This document shows positions 10,558 through 19,504 of a DNA stretch of 63,172 bases, piece by piece. Source of the DNA: Bryobacterales bacterium (GTDB taxonomy: Bacteria; Acidobacteriota; Terriglobia; Bryobacterales; JACQDG01); assembly GCA_035652135.1 (NCBI GenBank), contig DASREK010000313.1, positions 1-63,172 of the forward strand, in the 5' to 3' direction. Numbering within the stretch: the stretch's first letter is position 1; each line of letters begins with the position of its first letter. The translations under genes and the position numbers were made by a program. The notes below the pieces were generated by a model, which saw only the letters and a program-made list of their open reading frames with translations, was not told the DNA's origin and searched no databases.

Positions 10558-11408
10558 GATCCTACAATCTGCCGGACGACCATCCGCCCGCGGTCAAGAG
10601 CTTCCTGATATTCCTCGCGTTTTTCCTGCGCGGTGAAGCCGGACCCCAGCCGCAAATAGCGCTCGAGCCCCAATCCCACAACATAGGTTCCGGCGAACGC
10701 GATGGCCCCTTTCGGTATCAGGCCGCAGCCAAAAGGAACCTTCGATACCAGCTCGCGAGCGATCGCGCGCCAACCGAAAGCGGAGGTAATGATCGAAGCG
10801 ATCTGCCCGCGCTGGTCTATGAAGCCGACCGGCGCGTCGCTCGCCGCAGCAATCAGAAATGCCATCCGGATCTGGTTCATCGTCAGCACAGCGATGTCGG
10901 ATGCGAATTCGCCGACAGCCCAGGGCAGTTCGATGAAGCTCGGCACGATGTTCGGCAGGGCGCTGGCGAGGGCGAAGAGCGCGTTTTCGCGGGAGATTTT
11001 GCGGATCAGCCGTTCTATTACAGGACCTCGAAACGGCAGAAAATGCCGCGCCAGGGGAATCCACAGATCTTCGCGCTCCTCCAGGCAGCGTTCCACGGCG
11101 GCGGTCGGATGAGCCGCGTCAAAGCCGTAAAATGAGCGGCCTGGATGCTCCAGATGAGGTTCGGCCAGGCCGAGATCGCACTGCTCAAAGTCAGCCGCCG
11201 TCTGGATGCGCAGCAGGTGAGCCGACGCCTGCCGGAGCTTCTCCTCTGAGATGCCGGTGGGCAATAAAAATTGCACCATCCGGTGGTAGCCCGGCTCATC
11301 CTCGGCAAGCAAACCGATGGTGAACGGCTGATCGGCCATCTGCTGCACTTCACGGGGGTTCAGATTTTGTAAAGCGCCCCGGATTTGTCGAAAAATGTGA
11401 GTGGACAT
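10554..11408 (-). CDS. Hypothetical protein with DUF697-like C-terminal membrane-associated region; no P-loop
   Basis: Start moved to MSTHIF (11408), because ORF 10554..11684 would overlap the upstream gene. The C-terminal half (ALPNIVPSFIELPW..DIAVLTMNQIRMAFLIAAA...AIAFAGTYVVGLGLERYL) resembles DUF697 from memory. Confidence 0.5.
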   Translation of the reverse strand: MSTHIFRQIRGALQNLNPREVQQMADQPFTIGLLAEDEPGYHRMVQFLLPTGISEEKLRQASAHLLRIQTAADFEQCDLGLAEPHLEHPGRSFYGFDAAHPTAAVERCLEEREDLWIPLARHFLPFRGPVIERLIRKISRENALFALASALPNIVPSFIELPWAVGEFASDIAVLTMNQIRMAFLIAAASDAPVGFIDQRGQIASIITSAFGWRAIARELVSKVPFGCGLIPKGAIAFAGTYVVGLGLERYLRLGSGFTAQEKREEYQEALDRGRMVVRQIVGS

Positions 11409-11431
11409 AAAAGCTCTCCCTGCGGCGCTGT

Positions 11432-12967
11432 TCAAGCCGGCTTTTCCGCGCCCTTGGCCCGAAAAACGACCCGCAAGCTCCGTCGCCAGTCGGCGCTCAG
11501 ACCGATTCGTTCCACTTCGACCTGTTGGGAAAAGTATTGCAGAATCGTTTCCGTCGTGGGGTGGAAATGGAAAACGGGCGAGACCAGCATGAGGCGCGGA
11601 GGAGTCGGCTGGATCGCCAAACCGGGAAAATAGCCTCGCTTCTGAAATTCGCCACGGTCCAGATGCCATTTCACCCGCATCCAATAGTCAAGGCCTTGCA
11701 GCGGCAAATGGACGTCTTCGGAAGCCTTAATCTCTACTACCACGAGGCGCCCGCTGCGCTCCGAGCCGAGCAGGTCGATTACTCCCCGCTCCGATCCGGC
11801 CACGGCGGGAACTTGGGTGTAAAGAGGCTCCGGCAGCAAAGAGCCATCAATCGCAGCCGGGTCCGCCCGCACCATCGACTCGAGCCATTTCTCCGGCGCC
11901 ATGTGGTAGAACGCGCTTTCCCGGGGGGCGGCATCCGCTCTGCGCTCTTCCGCGATGCGGCGCGCCAGCGCCTCTACCTCGTAGAAATTCCCGCCGGTAA
12001 CCGGCCTCTCGTCGCCCACTCCGTAGGTCATCTGGCGCTCCATCGCTCTAGCAAATTCGAGGCCGCGCAGCCGAATCGAGAGCACGCCGTCGGGCCGAGC
12101 CACCGCCTCTGCGCCGAACTCGTCGATGAGCCGCCGGATCCATTGGGCAACCGGGCCTGCCGGCTGGGGAACCGGAGAGGCAGGATCCAGAGAGGTCGCT
12201 AAATTGCCGTAATTTTTCTCGTCGAGAGGGGATGTAAAGCCCTGGGAATCGAACGCAAACAGTTCGCAAGAAGCGCGCTCGCGATCCAGAAACGCCAGCC
12301 GGCTGCTGGTGGCGGCGGTCCGGCCCTGGGGGAGAAAAATTTTCAGTCCTTCCACTGTGCGGCGGCGCTCTCTGTGCCGCAAGTAATGCAGCCAGATCAA
12401 ACCGAAGGAAAGAATCTGATCGCAAACGGCGGCGCGCGTGCTTCCGGCCCCCGCCTCGGGATCGGCGGCAATGGCGGCCAGAGCGGACGTTCCCTTGGTG
12501 AGAAACGCCCGGACGTAGGCCGGCGAGAGGGAGTGCTCCAGATCGGGGGCCGCGCTGATCTGGGCAATCGTCCACCCGCCGAACTGCCGCGCCAGCATTC
12601 TCCGGAACCGTTCTCGAAATTCCAAACGGCCGGCCCGCCGTTCTATCTCCGCCCCGACCCGGGCCAGGTCGAGAACCAGCATTTCTCCTTCCCCTTGCGC
12701 CAGCCGGCGCGTCACCAGTTGGATGCGTCCGTTTTCCTCGCGCCCGACGCGTAGAATCCGCCGCACCAGGCTGGTTTCCGCACTCCAGACATGCAGCAGG
12801 ACCGCGCTGCCTCTGATTTGCAGATCAAATCGCCCCGGTTCTAAAGGGATGGTCTTTTCCCCTGGTTCGAATATGGCGGGAGAGCGGCACGCGCGCACGA
12901 ACTCCTCAATGCGAGCGTGCAGCGCCTCAGGGGGATCGGCCCGAGCCGCCTTCCGGCGTAGAGACAT
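11432..12967 (-). CDS. Hypothetical 511-aa protein with C-terminal NucS-like PD-(D/E)xK nuclease motif
   Basis: The C-terminus reads PEKWLESMV...GVIDLLGSERSGRLVVVEIKASEDVHLPLQGLDYW, giving a D...ExK...Q pattern. The N-terminal 350 aa or so are unrecognised. Confidence 0.5.
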   Translation of the reverse strand: MSLRRKAARADPPEALHARIEEFVRACRSPAIFEPGEKTIPLEPGRFDLQIRGSAVLLHVWSAETSLVRRILRVGREENGRIQLVTRRLAQGEGEMLVLDLARVGAEIERRAGRLEFRERFRRMLARQFGGWTIAQISAAPDLEHSLSPAYVRAFLTKGTSALAAIAADPEAGAGSTRAAVCDQILSFGLIWLHYLRHRERRRTVEGLKIFLPQGRTAATSSRLAFLDRERASCELFAFDSQGFTSPLDEKNYGNLATSLDPASPVPQPAGPVAQWIRRLIDEFGAEAVARPDGVLSIRLRGLEFARAMERQMTYGVGDERPVTGGNFYEVEALARRIAEERRADAAPRESAFYHMAPEKWLESMVRADPAAIDGSLLPEPLYTQVPAVAGSERGVIDLLGSERSGRLVVVEIKASEDVHLPLQGLDYWMRVKWHLDRGEFQKRGYFPGLAIQPTPPRLMLVSPVFHFHPTTETILQYFSQQVEVERIGLSADWRRSLRVVFRAKGAEKPA

Positions 12968-13093
12968 GGATCGACTACGATCTTAACCGATCCAGGATGG
13001 AAACCAACAATCGAAGGTGCGGGCCCTGCTCCCGTTACCCCAGCAGGGCCTTATGCCACTTCAGTGAACCTACCGACAGAGGAGGCAAGCCGA

Positions 13094-13138
13094 CCAAAAC
13101 TAAAATAACCTCTTCCGCCGCAGCGACGAGGCTGCGGC
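13094..13138 (-). terminator. Hairpin plus U-rich tract downstream of cvpA (weak terminator candidate)
   Basis: On the minus strand, GCCGCAGC-cucguc-GCUGCGGC (13117-13138) is followed after 8 nt by UUAUUUUAGUUUUGG. Confidence 0.35.
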
Positions 13139-13345
13139 CCCCTAGCACTGTCGTGCTGCCGGAATTTTCGCGGCAAACAAGCTGCCAGCCGATAACTTCT
13201 TGTAGATCAAAGCCTCCCGTCCGAACTGGAGCTGCAATTCTACAATATTCCGTAGACCTGACTCCGGTTTTCCAAAATTCGGGAACATCTGGGATTCGGA
13301 AAAACGCACTGGATAGCTGCGGAGCAGATGCGTCGGATCGAAAAA

Positions 13346-13891
13346 TCACACTGTGTCACTCGGAGTTTCACGCCAGACTTTTCGCACGCGCTCCAGACCG
13401 TTCTCGAAGCCATCTTTGAGCCGCCGGGGAGCGAGCGCCACGATTGCCTTGGCGCACTGCAATACCGTCGGAGCCAGACGCGACTCAGCTACCGATTCGA
13501 TCGGCCGCTTTCCTGGTGCAAAGGCCACGATGGCTAGGACGAGCGCCGCGGCAATCAGCATTCCGCGCAGCAGGCCGAAGCCGGCGCCGAGGAGGCGATC
13601 CACCCAGCGTACGCCGGTTGCCTTTACCAGGCTGGCCAGAATTTTGGAAATCAAAAAACCCGCGAAAAGAAACGCGCAAAAGATCAGGACAAAGCCGGCG
13701 AAGCTTGCCACTTCCATGTTCTTCGCATAGGGTTCTATATGCCTGGCGGGAAGAGGGTACCACCACAGAGCGCCCAGAATGCCCGTGACCACGGCCACCA
13801 GCCCAACGAGCTCGCGAGTCATGCCTTTGATGATGCTGGTGACAAAGGAAATCACAATGACGGCGGCAATTAGGACGTCCAGCCAGTTCAC
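13346..13891 (-). CDS. cvpA: CvpA family membrane protein (colicin V production protein homolog)
   Basis: MNWLDVLIAAVIVISFVTSIIKGMTRELVGL with four hydrophobic segments. Its GTG start overlaps the purC stop (GTGA). Confidence 0.8.
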   Translation of the reverse strand: MNWLDVLIAAVIVISFVTSIIKGMTRELVGLVAVVTGILGALWWYPLPARHIEPYAKNMEVASFAGFVLIFCAFLFAGFLISKILASLVKATGVRWVDRLLGAGFGLLRGMLIAAALVLAIVAFAPGKRPIESVAESRLAPTVLQCAKAIVALAPRRLKDGFENGLERVRKVWRETPSDTV

Positions 13892-14808
13892 AGCGCTTTC
13901 CCTGTCAGGGCCCGGTACGCTTCCAGGTATTTTTCGCTGGTTTTGCTGACTACATCATCCGGCAGCGGAGGAGCCGGCGGCTGCTTATTCCAGTGGATCG
14001 ACTCCAGGTAATCCCGCACGTACTGCTTGTCGTAGGAGAATTGGGCCCCCCCGGGCTTATAGCTTTCGAGCGGCCAGAAGCGCGAGGAATCCGGGGTGAG
14101 CACTTCATCGCCCAGGATGAGGCGTCCGCCCGCGTGCCCGAATTCGAATTTTGTATCAGCAATGATGATGCCGCGCGAAAGGGCATAGTCTGCGGCTTTG
14201 GAATAGATCTGAAGCGTCAAATCCCGCAGTTTAGCCGCCAGTTCGGCGCCGACACGCTTTTCCACTTCGCTGAAGGAAATATTCTCGTCGTGGCCCGTAA
14301 GAGCCTTGGTCGACGGCGTGAAAATGGGCTCGGGCAGGCGGTCGCTCTCTTTGAGGCCGGCCGGCAGGGGAATGCCGCACACGGTCCCGTGTTTCAGATA
14401 CTCTTTCCAACCCGAGCCGGACAAATAACCGCGCGCCACGCACTCGATCGGCGCCATATCGGCTTCCACCACCAGCATGGACCGACGATCGAGTTGCTCG
14501 CGGTAGCGCGGCAACGGCTCGGGGTATTGGGAAACATCGGCCGTTACGAAATGAGTGGGCACAATGTCGCGCAGGAAGTCAAACCAGAAAATCGACAACT
14601 GCGTAAGGACTTCGCCCTTCCGCGGGATGCCGGTGGGCAGAATGTAATCGAACGCCGAGATGCGGTCGGTGGCGACGATGAGCAGCCGGCCGTTCGCGCG
14701 GTAAACGTCGCGCACTTTGCCCCGGCCCACAAGCTGGCAACCCGGCAGATTGGTTTGAAGGAGAACTTCTCGTATAGGAAGTGGCATGCTGAAAGAGTTC
14801 ACAATCAA
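13888..14808 (-). CDS. purC: Phosphoribosylaminoimidazole-succinocarboxamide (SAICAR) synthase
   Basis: 306 aa. Motifs include GKVRDVY...LLIVATDRISAFD and IIIADTKFEFG. Confidence 0.9.
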   Translation of the reverse strand: MIVNSFSMPLPIREVLLQTNLPGCQLVGRGKVRDVYRANGRLLIVATDRISAFDYILPTGIPRKGEVLTQLSIFWFDFLRDIVPTHFVTADVSQYPEPLPRYREQLDRRSMLVVEADMAPIECVARGYLSGSGWKEYLKHGTVCGIPLPAGLKESDRLPEPIFTPSTKALTGHDENISFSEVEKRVGAELAAKLRDLTLQIYSKAADYALSRGIIIADTKFEFGHAGGRLILGDEVLTPDSSRFWPLESYKPGGAQFSYDKQYVRDYLESIHWNKQPPAPPLPDDVVSKTSEKYLEAYRALTGKAL

Positions 14809-14837
14809 AAGAAGATCATAGCCCAGGCGCGGCTGTT

Positions 14838-16190
14838 ATGAAAACCATTATTGAGCCATTCAAGATCAAGACGGTGGAACCGATCCGCCGCACCAGCCCG
14901 GCCGAAAGGCAGCGCTACCTGGAACAGGCTGGCTACAACCTGTTCCGCATACCCGCCCGCAACATCCTGATCGACCTGCTGACCGATTCGGGCACTAGCG
15001 CCATGAGCACCGGGCAGTGGGCCGCCATCATGCGCGGCGATGAGAGCTATGCGGGCAGTGAGAGCTTTTACCGGATGCAAAAGGTGGTGCAGGAAATTTT
15101 CGGCTTCCGCCACGTGATCCCTACGCACCAGGGCCGTGCCGCCGAACGCATCTTGTTTTCCGTAATGTGCAAGCCGGGCGACGTGGTTCCTTCCAATACC
15201 CATTTCGACACCACCCGCGCGAATATCGAGTTCGTCGGAGCCAAGGCCGTGGATCTGCCGATACCCGAAGCGGCCGATACCCAGGCCCGGTTGCCCTTCA
15301 AGGGGAATATGGACGTCGAGGGCCTGCGCCGCCTCATAGCCGACGTGACGCCGCGGCGCATTCCGCTGATTTTGATGACCGTAACCAACAACTCGGCCGG
15401 CGGGCAGCCGGTTTCGATGGAGAACCTGCGGGCGGCCAGCAACCTGGCGCGGGAGTTCCAGATTCCGTTTTATATCGACGCCTGCCGGTTTGCCGAAAAC
15501 GCCTACTTCATCAAACTCCGGGAGCCGGGCTATAAGGACCGCACGCCGAAACAGATCGCTCAGGAAATGTTTTCCCTGGCTGACGGCTGCACCTTTTCCG
15601 CCAAGAAGGACGCGTTTGCCAATATCGGCGGCTTCCTGGCGACGAACAGCGATTCCCTCGCCGAACAGGAAGAGAACTTGCTGATTTTGACCGAAGGCTT
15701 TCCTACGTACGGAGGGCTGGCCGGGCGCGACCTGGATGCTATTGCCGTCGGCCTCGAGGAGGTTCTGGAAGAAGACTACCTGAACTACCGCATCGCTTCC
15801 ACGGGTTACTTGGGCCGCCACATCGCCGATCACGGCGTGCCTATCGTGGAGCCGCCCGGCGCACATGCCGTCTACATCGACGCCGGCCGCATGCTGCCCC
15901 ACATTCCGCGTTCCCAATTTCCCGCTCAGGCTTTGGCCGTGGAACTTTATCGGCACGCCGGCATCCGGTCGGTCGAGATCGGCTCGGTCATGTTTGGGGA
16001 GAATGCCCGGCAGGAACTGGTGCGTCTGGCGATTCCGCGCCGCGTTTACACGCAGAGCCACATAGATTACGTGGTAGAGGCCATTCTCGAGGTTTACGAG
16101 AACCGCGAGAGCATTCGGGGTTTCGAAATTACGCAGGAAGCCCGTTTCCTGCGTCACTTCACCGCGCAATTTCGGCCCGTCGCCCCGTAG
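14838..16190 (+). CDS. Tryptophanase / tyrosine phenol-lyase family PLP beta-eliminating lyase
   Basis: EPFKIKTVEPI...IDLLTDSGTSAMS...GDESYAGS...IPTHQGRAAE, plus the PLP-lysine motif SAKKDAFANIGG. I cannot separate tnaA from tpl by eye. Confidence 0.85.
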   Translation: MKTIIEPFKIKTVEPIRRTSPAERQRYLEQAGYNLFRIPARNILIDLLTDSGTSAMSTGQWAAIMRGDESYAGSESFYRMQKVVQEIFGFRHVIPTHQGRAAERILFSVMCKPGDVVPSNTHFDTTRANIEFVGAKAVDLPIPEAADTQARLPFKGNMDVEGLRRLIADVTPRRIPLILMTVTNNSAGGQPVSMENLRAASNLAREFQIPFYIDACRFAENAYFIKLREPGYKDRTPKQIAQEMFSLADGCTFSAKKDAFANIGGFLATNSDSLAEQEENLLILTEGFPTYGGLAGRDLDAIAVGLEEVLEEDYLNYRIASTGYLGRHIADHGVPIVEPPGAHAVYIDAGRMLPHIPRSQFPAQALAVELYRHAGIRSVEIGSVMFGENARQELVRLAIPRRVYTQSHIDYVVEAILEVYENRESIRGFEITQEARFLRHFTAQFRPVAP

Positions 16191-16247
16191 AGGCGGGCGC
16201 TCAAGCGCGTTCGGCGCTGTGCGGCCAGCATTGCCTGAAAGCCGGAA

Positions 16248-18299
16248 TCACCGCGCGGCGGGGGCCAGCCGGAATCTCAAGAATACCTGAATCCCAAGGG
16301 GATGGTTGCCGTAAACGGGCTTGAGAACATCCGGCGTGCCGAAATAAGTGAATTGCCCGCCCAGGCCTGTACTGAGCCAGCCTGCGTAGCGAGGCAGCTC
16401 GTATTCGTATCCCGCCGTATAGGCCTGCACGCGCGCATACCGGCGTTCATCCACCAGCAGGACGAAAAGTTGCTCTTCATAGATCAACGTGGAATCTTTG
16501 TCCACATTCTCCACGCGCCCCCAGATCCAATGCTTGTTCTTAAAGAATAGAGTGGATTCGGCGAGGTAGGAGTTATAGATTTGCCCGGGAATCCGGGTGG
16601 GCGCCGTCACGATGTGATTCCTCGGGGGAGGCAGAAACGGCGGCTGAAGGAATGGTGCGGTGCCGCTCTCCTGGCCGGCCGGTGCGACTGCGTCGGCCGG
16701 CTGCCGAGAAGCCGCGAAAAACTGGGTAAAGTTCGGCTGCTGCGTATAGGTCAAATCGTTATTGCGCCCCCACAGCAGAGTGGTCGCCCAGTGCCCGGTC
16801 GCCAGCGGCCGCACGTACATGACCGACGCCGTTGTGCGGAGGGTTGGGCGCAGCGGATGAGTCGCTTCGCGCTGGTTGATCCGGCCGGCTGAAAACTGTG
16901 CCGTCCAGCGCGATGACGGGGCCACTGTGAGGCGTGCGGCGAAGGAATCGATCGCGCCGCCCTCGATCCCCCAGCGATGCTCATCGGGCTCGCGGCCGTG
17001 AAAACCCGAAGCCTCGATCGTCACTGGGCCGTAGGAAAGACCGGCGGTCGCTACGTTGTTCGAAATGTGCGTGGAGTCCTGATCGTGATGCCCGAGCGTC
17101 GCGATCGGATCCTCGGAAGCCGAGAGCCGGTGCGGATAGGCCGTCGGACCGAGCGCAGGCTCGCCGCGGGGGCCGCCGTAAAAATGCAAAACTGTTCGCT
17201 CGCCGAGTTGGATCTGGTAAGAAGCGGCCAGCTCCATGAACAAATCATGCGGGTGCTGGCCGCTGATGATGGGGATGCCGCCGTTGGCGGTTTCGCCGGT
17301 TTGAAAGATGAGGGGGTAGCGTTCGTTGGTGATCGTAGCCGGCTCCAGGCTCAACATCGCGCGGAAAGTAAGCGTGCCGGGGCCGAGACGCCGCGAGAGC
17401 ATGGGCATGAACCAGTTGGTGGAGAAAAACTTGTCGCGGCCTCGCGGTCCGGTTTGCTGGGATTCCACGGCAAATAATTCGCCATGAACCATCAGATTCC
17501 AGTCTCCAAGACTTTGGTGCAGCATATCCATAGGGGCGGCCTTGGGCATCTGGCTGGTGCCGGAGGCGTAATTTGCGGCCGCCGTTCCCATGCTGGCATC
17601 CCCCCTGCCGCTCATGTTGGCGAGGGTGACCTCGGAGAGAGGAATGCCGCTGAAATTGCCGCGCCCGGATTGCCAGCCATCCACGCAATCCCCGCAGACG
17701 CCTTTCGTTTGCGCCTGCCCCGGCGGCTTCACTCCCGCGATCTTGTAATACTCAGGCGCCGTTCCGGAAGCCAGATCCTGGCCGCACGGGCAATCGGCTT
17801 CGTGAGCGCATTGGTCGCAGCCGCCGCGAATGCAGCAAAAGTATCGCTTCTCCGCTACCAAGGTTTGTTTGGCCCGCAGCAGGGCGTCGGTGGCTTCTTT
17901 CAGCTCATCGGGAGGCTCGCCCGGCGTAGGGCACGCCTGCTTCTCGGAGGGCAGAAGCTTCACCGACTTTTTATTCACGCCTTGGATTGCGCCGCGCCCG
18001 GCCTGCCACCCTCCGTAGCATTCGCCGCAGGCGCCAAGGCCCTTGGCGACATTCGCCGCGCAGTTGCAGGAGCCGTTTACACGCGCACAAAGGCTGCAAG
18101 AAGGCTTCACGCAGCAGTTGTAGCGTCCCTGTGCGGCCAGTTTCTTCTTTGCCGCCGCCATCTTGCGCTCGGAAAGCTTCAGGTCGGCCTTCGCTTTTGT
18201 GGGTTTTGGGTTCCTGACGCCGCCCTCGTGCCCCAGAAGAGCCGGGCTGGCCGCCAGCAACAGCGCCCACAGAGAGGCGATGCTGCGCCGGGCAGTCAC
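16248..18299 (-). CDS. Secreted protein: two tandem 8-Cys modules fused to a large probable beta-barrel/outer-membrane domain
   Basis: Signal peptide MTARRSIASLWALLLAASPALLG. The Cys modules span residues 44-103 and 134-214. The C-terminal 450 aa or so are rich in alternating aromatic/polar beta-strand patterns (QHPHDLFMELAASYQIQL... GGQFTYFG...GIQVFLRFRL). Confidence 0.6.
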   Translation of the reverse strand: MTARRSIASLWALLLAASPALLGHEGGVRNPKPTKAKADLKLSERKMAAAKKKLAAQGRYNCCVKPSCSLCARVNGSCNCAANVAKGLGACGECYGGWQAGRGAIQGVNKKSVKLLPSEKQACPTPGEPPDELKEATDALLRAKQTLVAEKRYFCCIRGGCDQCAHEADCPCGQDLASGTAPEYYKIAGVKPPGQAQTKGVCGDCVDGWQSGRGNFSGIPLSEVTLANMSGRGDASMGTAAANYASGTSQMPKAAPMDMLHQSLGDWNLMVHGELFAVESQQTGPRGRDKFFSTNWFMPMLSRRLGPGTLTFRAMLSLEPATITNERYPLIFQTGETANGGIPIISGQHPHDLFMELAASYQIQLGERTVLHFYGGPRGEPALGPTAYPHRLSASEDPIATLGHHDQDSTHISNNVATAGLSYGPVTIEASGFHGREPDEHRWGIEGGAIDSFAARLTVAPSSRWTAQFSAGRINQREATHPLRPTLRTTASVMYVRPLATGHWATTLLWGRNNDLTYTQQPNFTQFFAASRQPADAVAPAGQESGTAPFLQPPFLPPPRNHIVTAPTRIPGQIYNSYLAESTLFFKNKHWIWGRVENVDKDSTLIYEEQLFVLLVDERRYARVQAYTAGYEYELPRYAGWLSTGLGGQFTYFGTPDVLKPVYGNHPLGIQVFLRFRLAPAAR

Positions 18300-19486
18300 T
18301 GCGCAGCTCCGGGCTCCGCCGCATCTCTGACCTCCAGAATGAAATCGGCGGTTATGATCCGGCCTTTTCTTTTAAATTGCGACCATCCGCGGTAGATGCC
18401 CGCCTTTGGGAACCGGACCAGAAACGGCACGGTTCCGTCCCGGCCTGCACGAGGCTCGCGCTCGTCCGGATGGGAATGAACGAAAGTCACGGAATCCTGA
18501 TGCACAAGCATCAGATGGCCCATGGCCCCAAGGTACGGCTCGAGGTCGGCGACGGCTTCGCCGGTGGCCGCGTCCTTGAGGGCAAAAAAAATGTCCTCTG
18601 TTTTCTTAGCCGGCAAATACGTTTCGGGCGCTTTGAGTTCCACGGTGACGCCGTCGCATGTCTTAACGCGCGAGCGCTCCCCGGCCGAAGCTTTGGTGAT
18701 ATCGAACTTGCGATCTGATTCCCCGCCCACGCGAATTTTCGCCATCATCACCTGCTCGCCGGCGCCGGCAGGAGCGGTGTCGGCGAAGATATGATATTCA
18801 CCGGCTGCCGGAAACGTGTACTGAAGCTGAAAGCTCCCATCGCCCTGACGCTCGGGATGCTCGTGCGCGAAGTGCGCCAGGTCGCTCCGCAGGATCAGAA
18901 GATGCATGAGCTTCTCGTGCATCACTTCGAATGACGAGAAGATTTCCCTGGGTTTCTCGCGAGCGCGAACAACCAATTCCAGCTCGACCGGCTGGCCGGC
19001 CTTGGGGTTTTTCGGGTTGCTCTTCAATTCCAGTTGAAACGGGCGCGGGCCCGGCTTCCGCTTCCGCGCGTCATCGGCGTCCAGAACCTGCAACGGAAAT
19101 GTGACCTGGAACGCCTCATCGGCGGGCGGCTGAATCGCAAGTTGCAACCGGTATTCGCCGCCATGGCTGAACGTCGGGTGGACGCCGTATTCGCCCGGAA
19201 TTCCTTCCGTGTGCGCGATCTCCTCGTACTTCGGCATGCTGGGCATGGCCGGCATGTCCACTGTCGCGTGAATGCGCGCGCGCACCACGGGCGCGGCCCC
19301 TAGCAAAGGGTCCACCCGGCTCCTATCCACCACCCGGAACTCGATTTGCATCTCTTCCTGCGCGTAAAGTCCGTCGGGAGGCAGCCGCAGCATGACGTCA
19401 TATTTGCCGGCCGTTTGATGCGGCGGTTCCTGAGCGGCGAAACCAATAACGGACAGGAGACAAACGTAGAGAAAGAGAAAGCGCAT
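18296..19486 (-). CDS. Secreted His/Met-rich protein with three Ig-like (YtkA/FixH-like) modules; probable periplasmic metal binding
   Basis: Signal peptide, then an MPAMPSMP stretch. A duplicated motif is present: MHLLILRSDLAHFAHEHPE and GHLMLVHQDSVTFVHSHPDE. The gene overlaps the downstream gene by 4 nt. Confidence 0.55.
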   Translation of the reverse strand: MRFLFLYVCLLSVIGFAAQEPPHQTAGKYDVMLRLPPDGLYAQEEMQIEFRVVDRSRVDPLLGAAPVVRARIHATVDMPAMPSMPKYEEIAHTEGIPGEYGVHPTFSHGGEYRLQLAIQPPADEAFQVTFPLQVLDADDARKRKPGPRPFQLELKSNPKNPKAGQPVELELVVRAREKPREIFSSFEVMHEKLMHLLILRSDLAHFAHEHPERQGDGSFQLQYTFPAAGEYHIFADTAPAGAGEQVMMAKIRVGGESDRKFDITKASAGERSRVKTCDGVTVELKAPETYLPAKKTEDIFFALKDAATGEAVADLEPYLGAMGHLMLVHQDSVTFVHSHPDEREPRAGRDGTVPFLVRFPKAGIYRGWSQFKRKGRIITADFILEVRDAAEPGAAQ

Positions 19487-19504
19487 CGGCGTTTCAGTCG
19501 CGTA

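Noticed and set aside
12997-13419. ORFs 12997..13419 (+) and 13035..13349 (-) inside the AT-richer spacer.
   Set aside because: They show no codon bias, no motifs and no ribosome-binding site. I treat the region as non-coding or regulatory instead.
14805-16169. Very long antisense ORFs mirroring real genes. Examples: 14805..16169 opposite the tryptophanase-family gene, 49711..51186 opposite nadA/moaA, 36235..37737, 5833..7635, 19346..20836, 27074..28348 and 54156..55406.
   Set aside because: These are typical shadow ORFs of a GC-rich genome. Their translations are Arg/Gly/Pro/Ala-rich with no motifs, whereas the opposite strand carries unmistakable family signatures.
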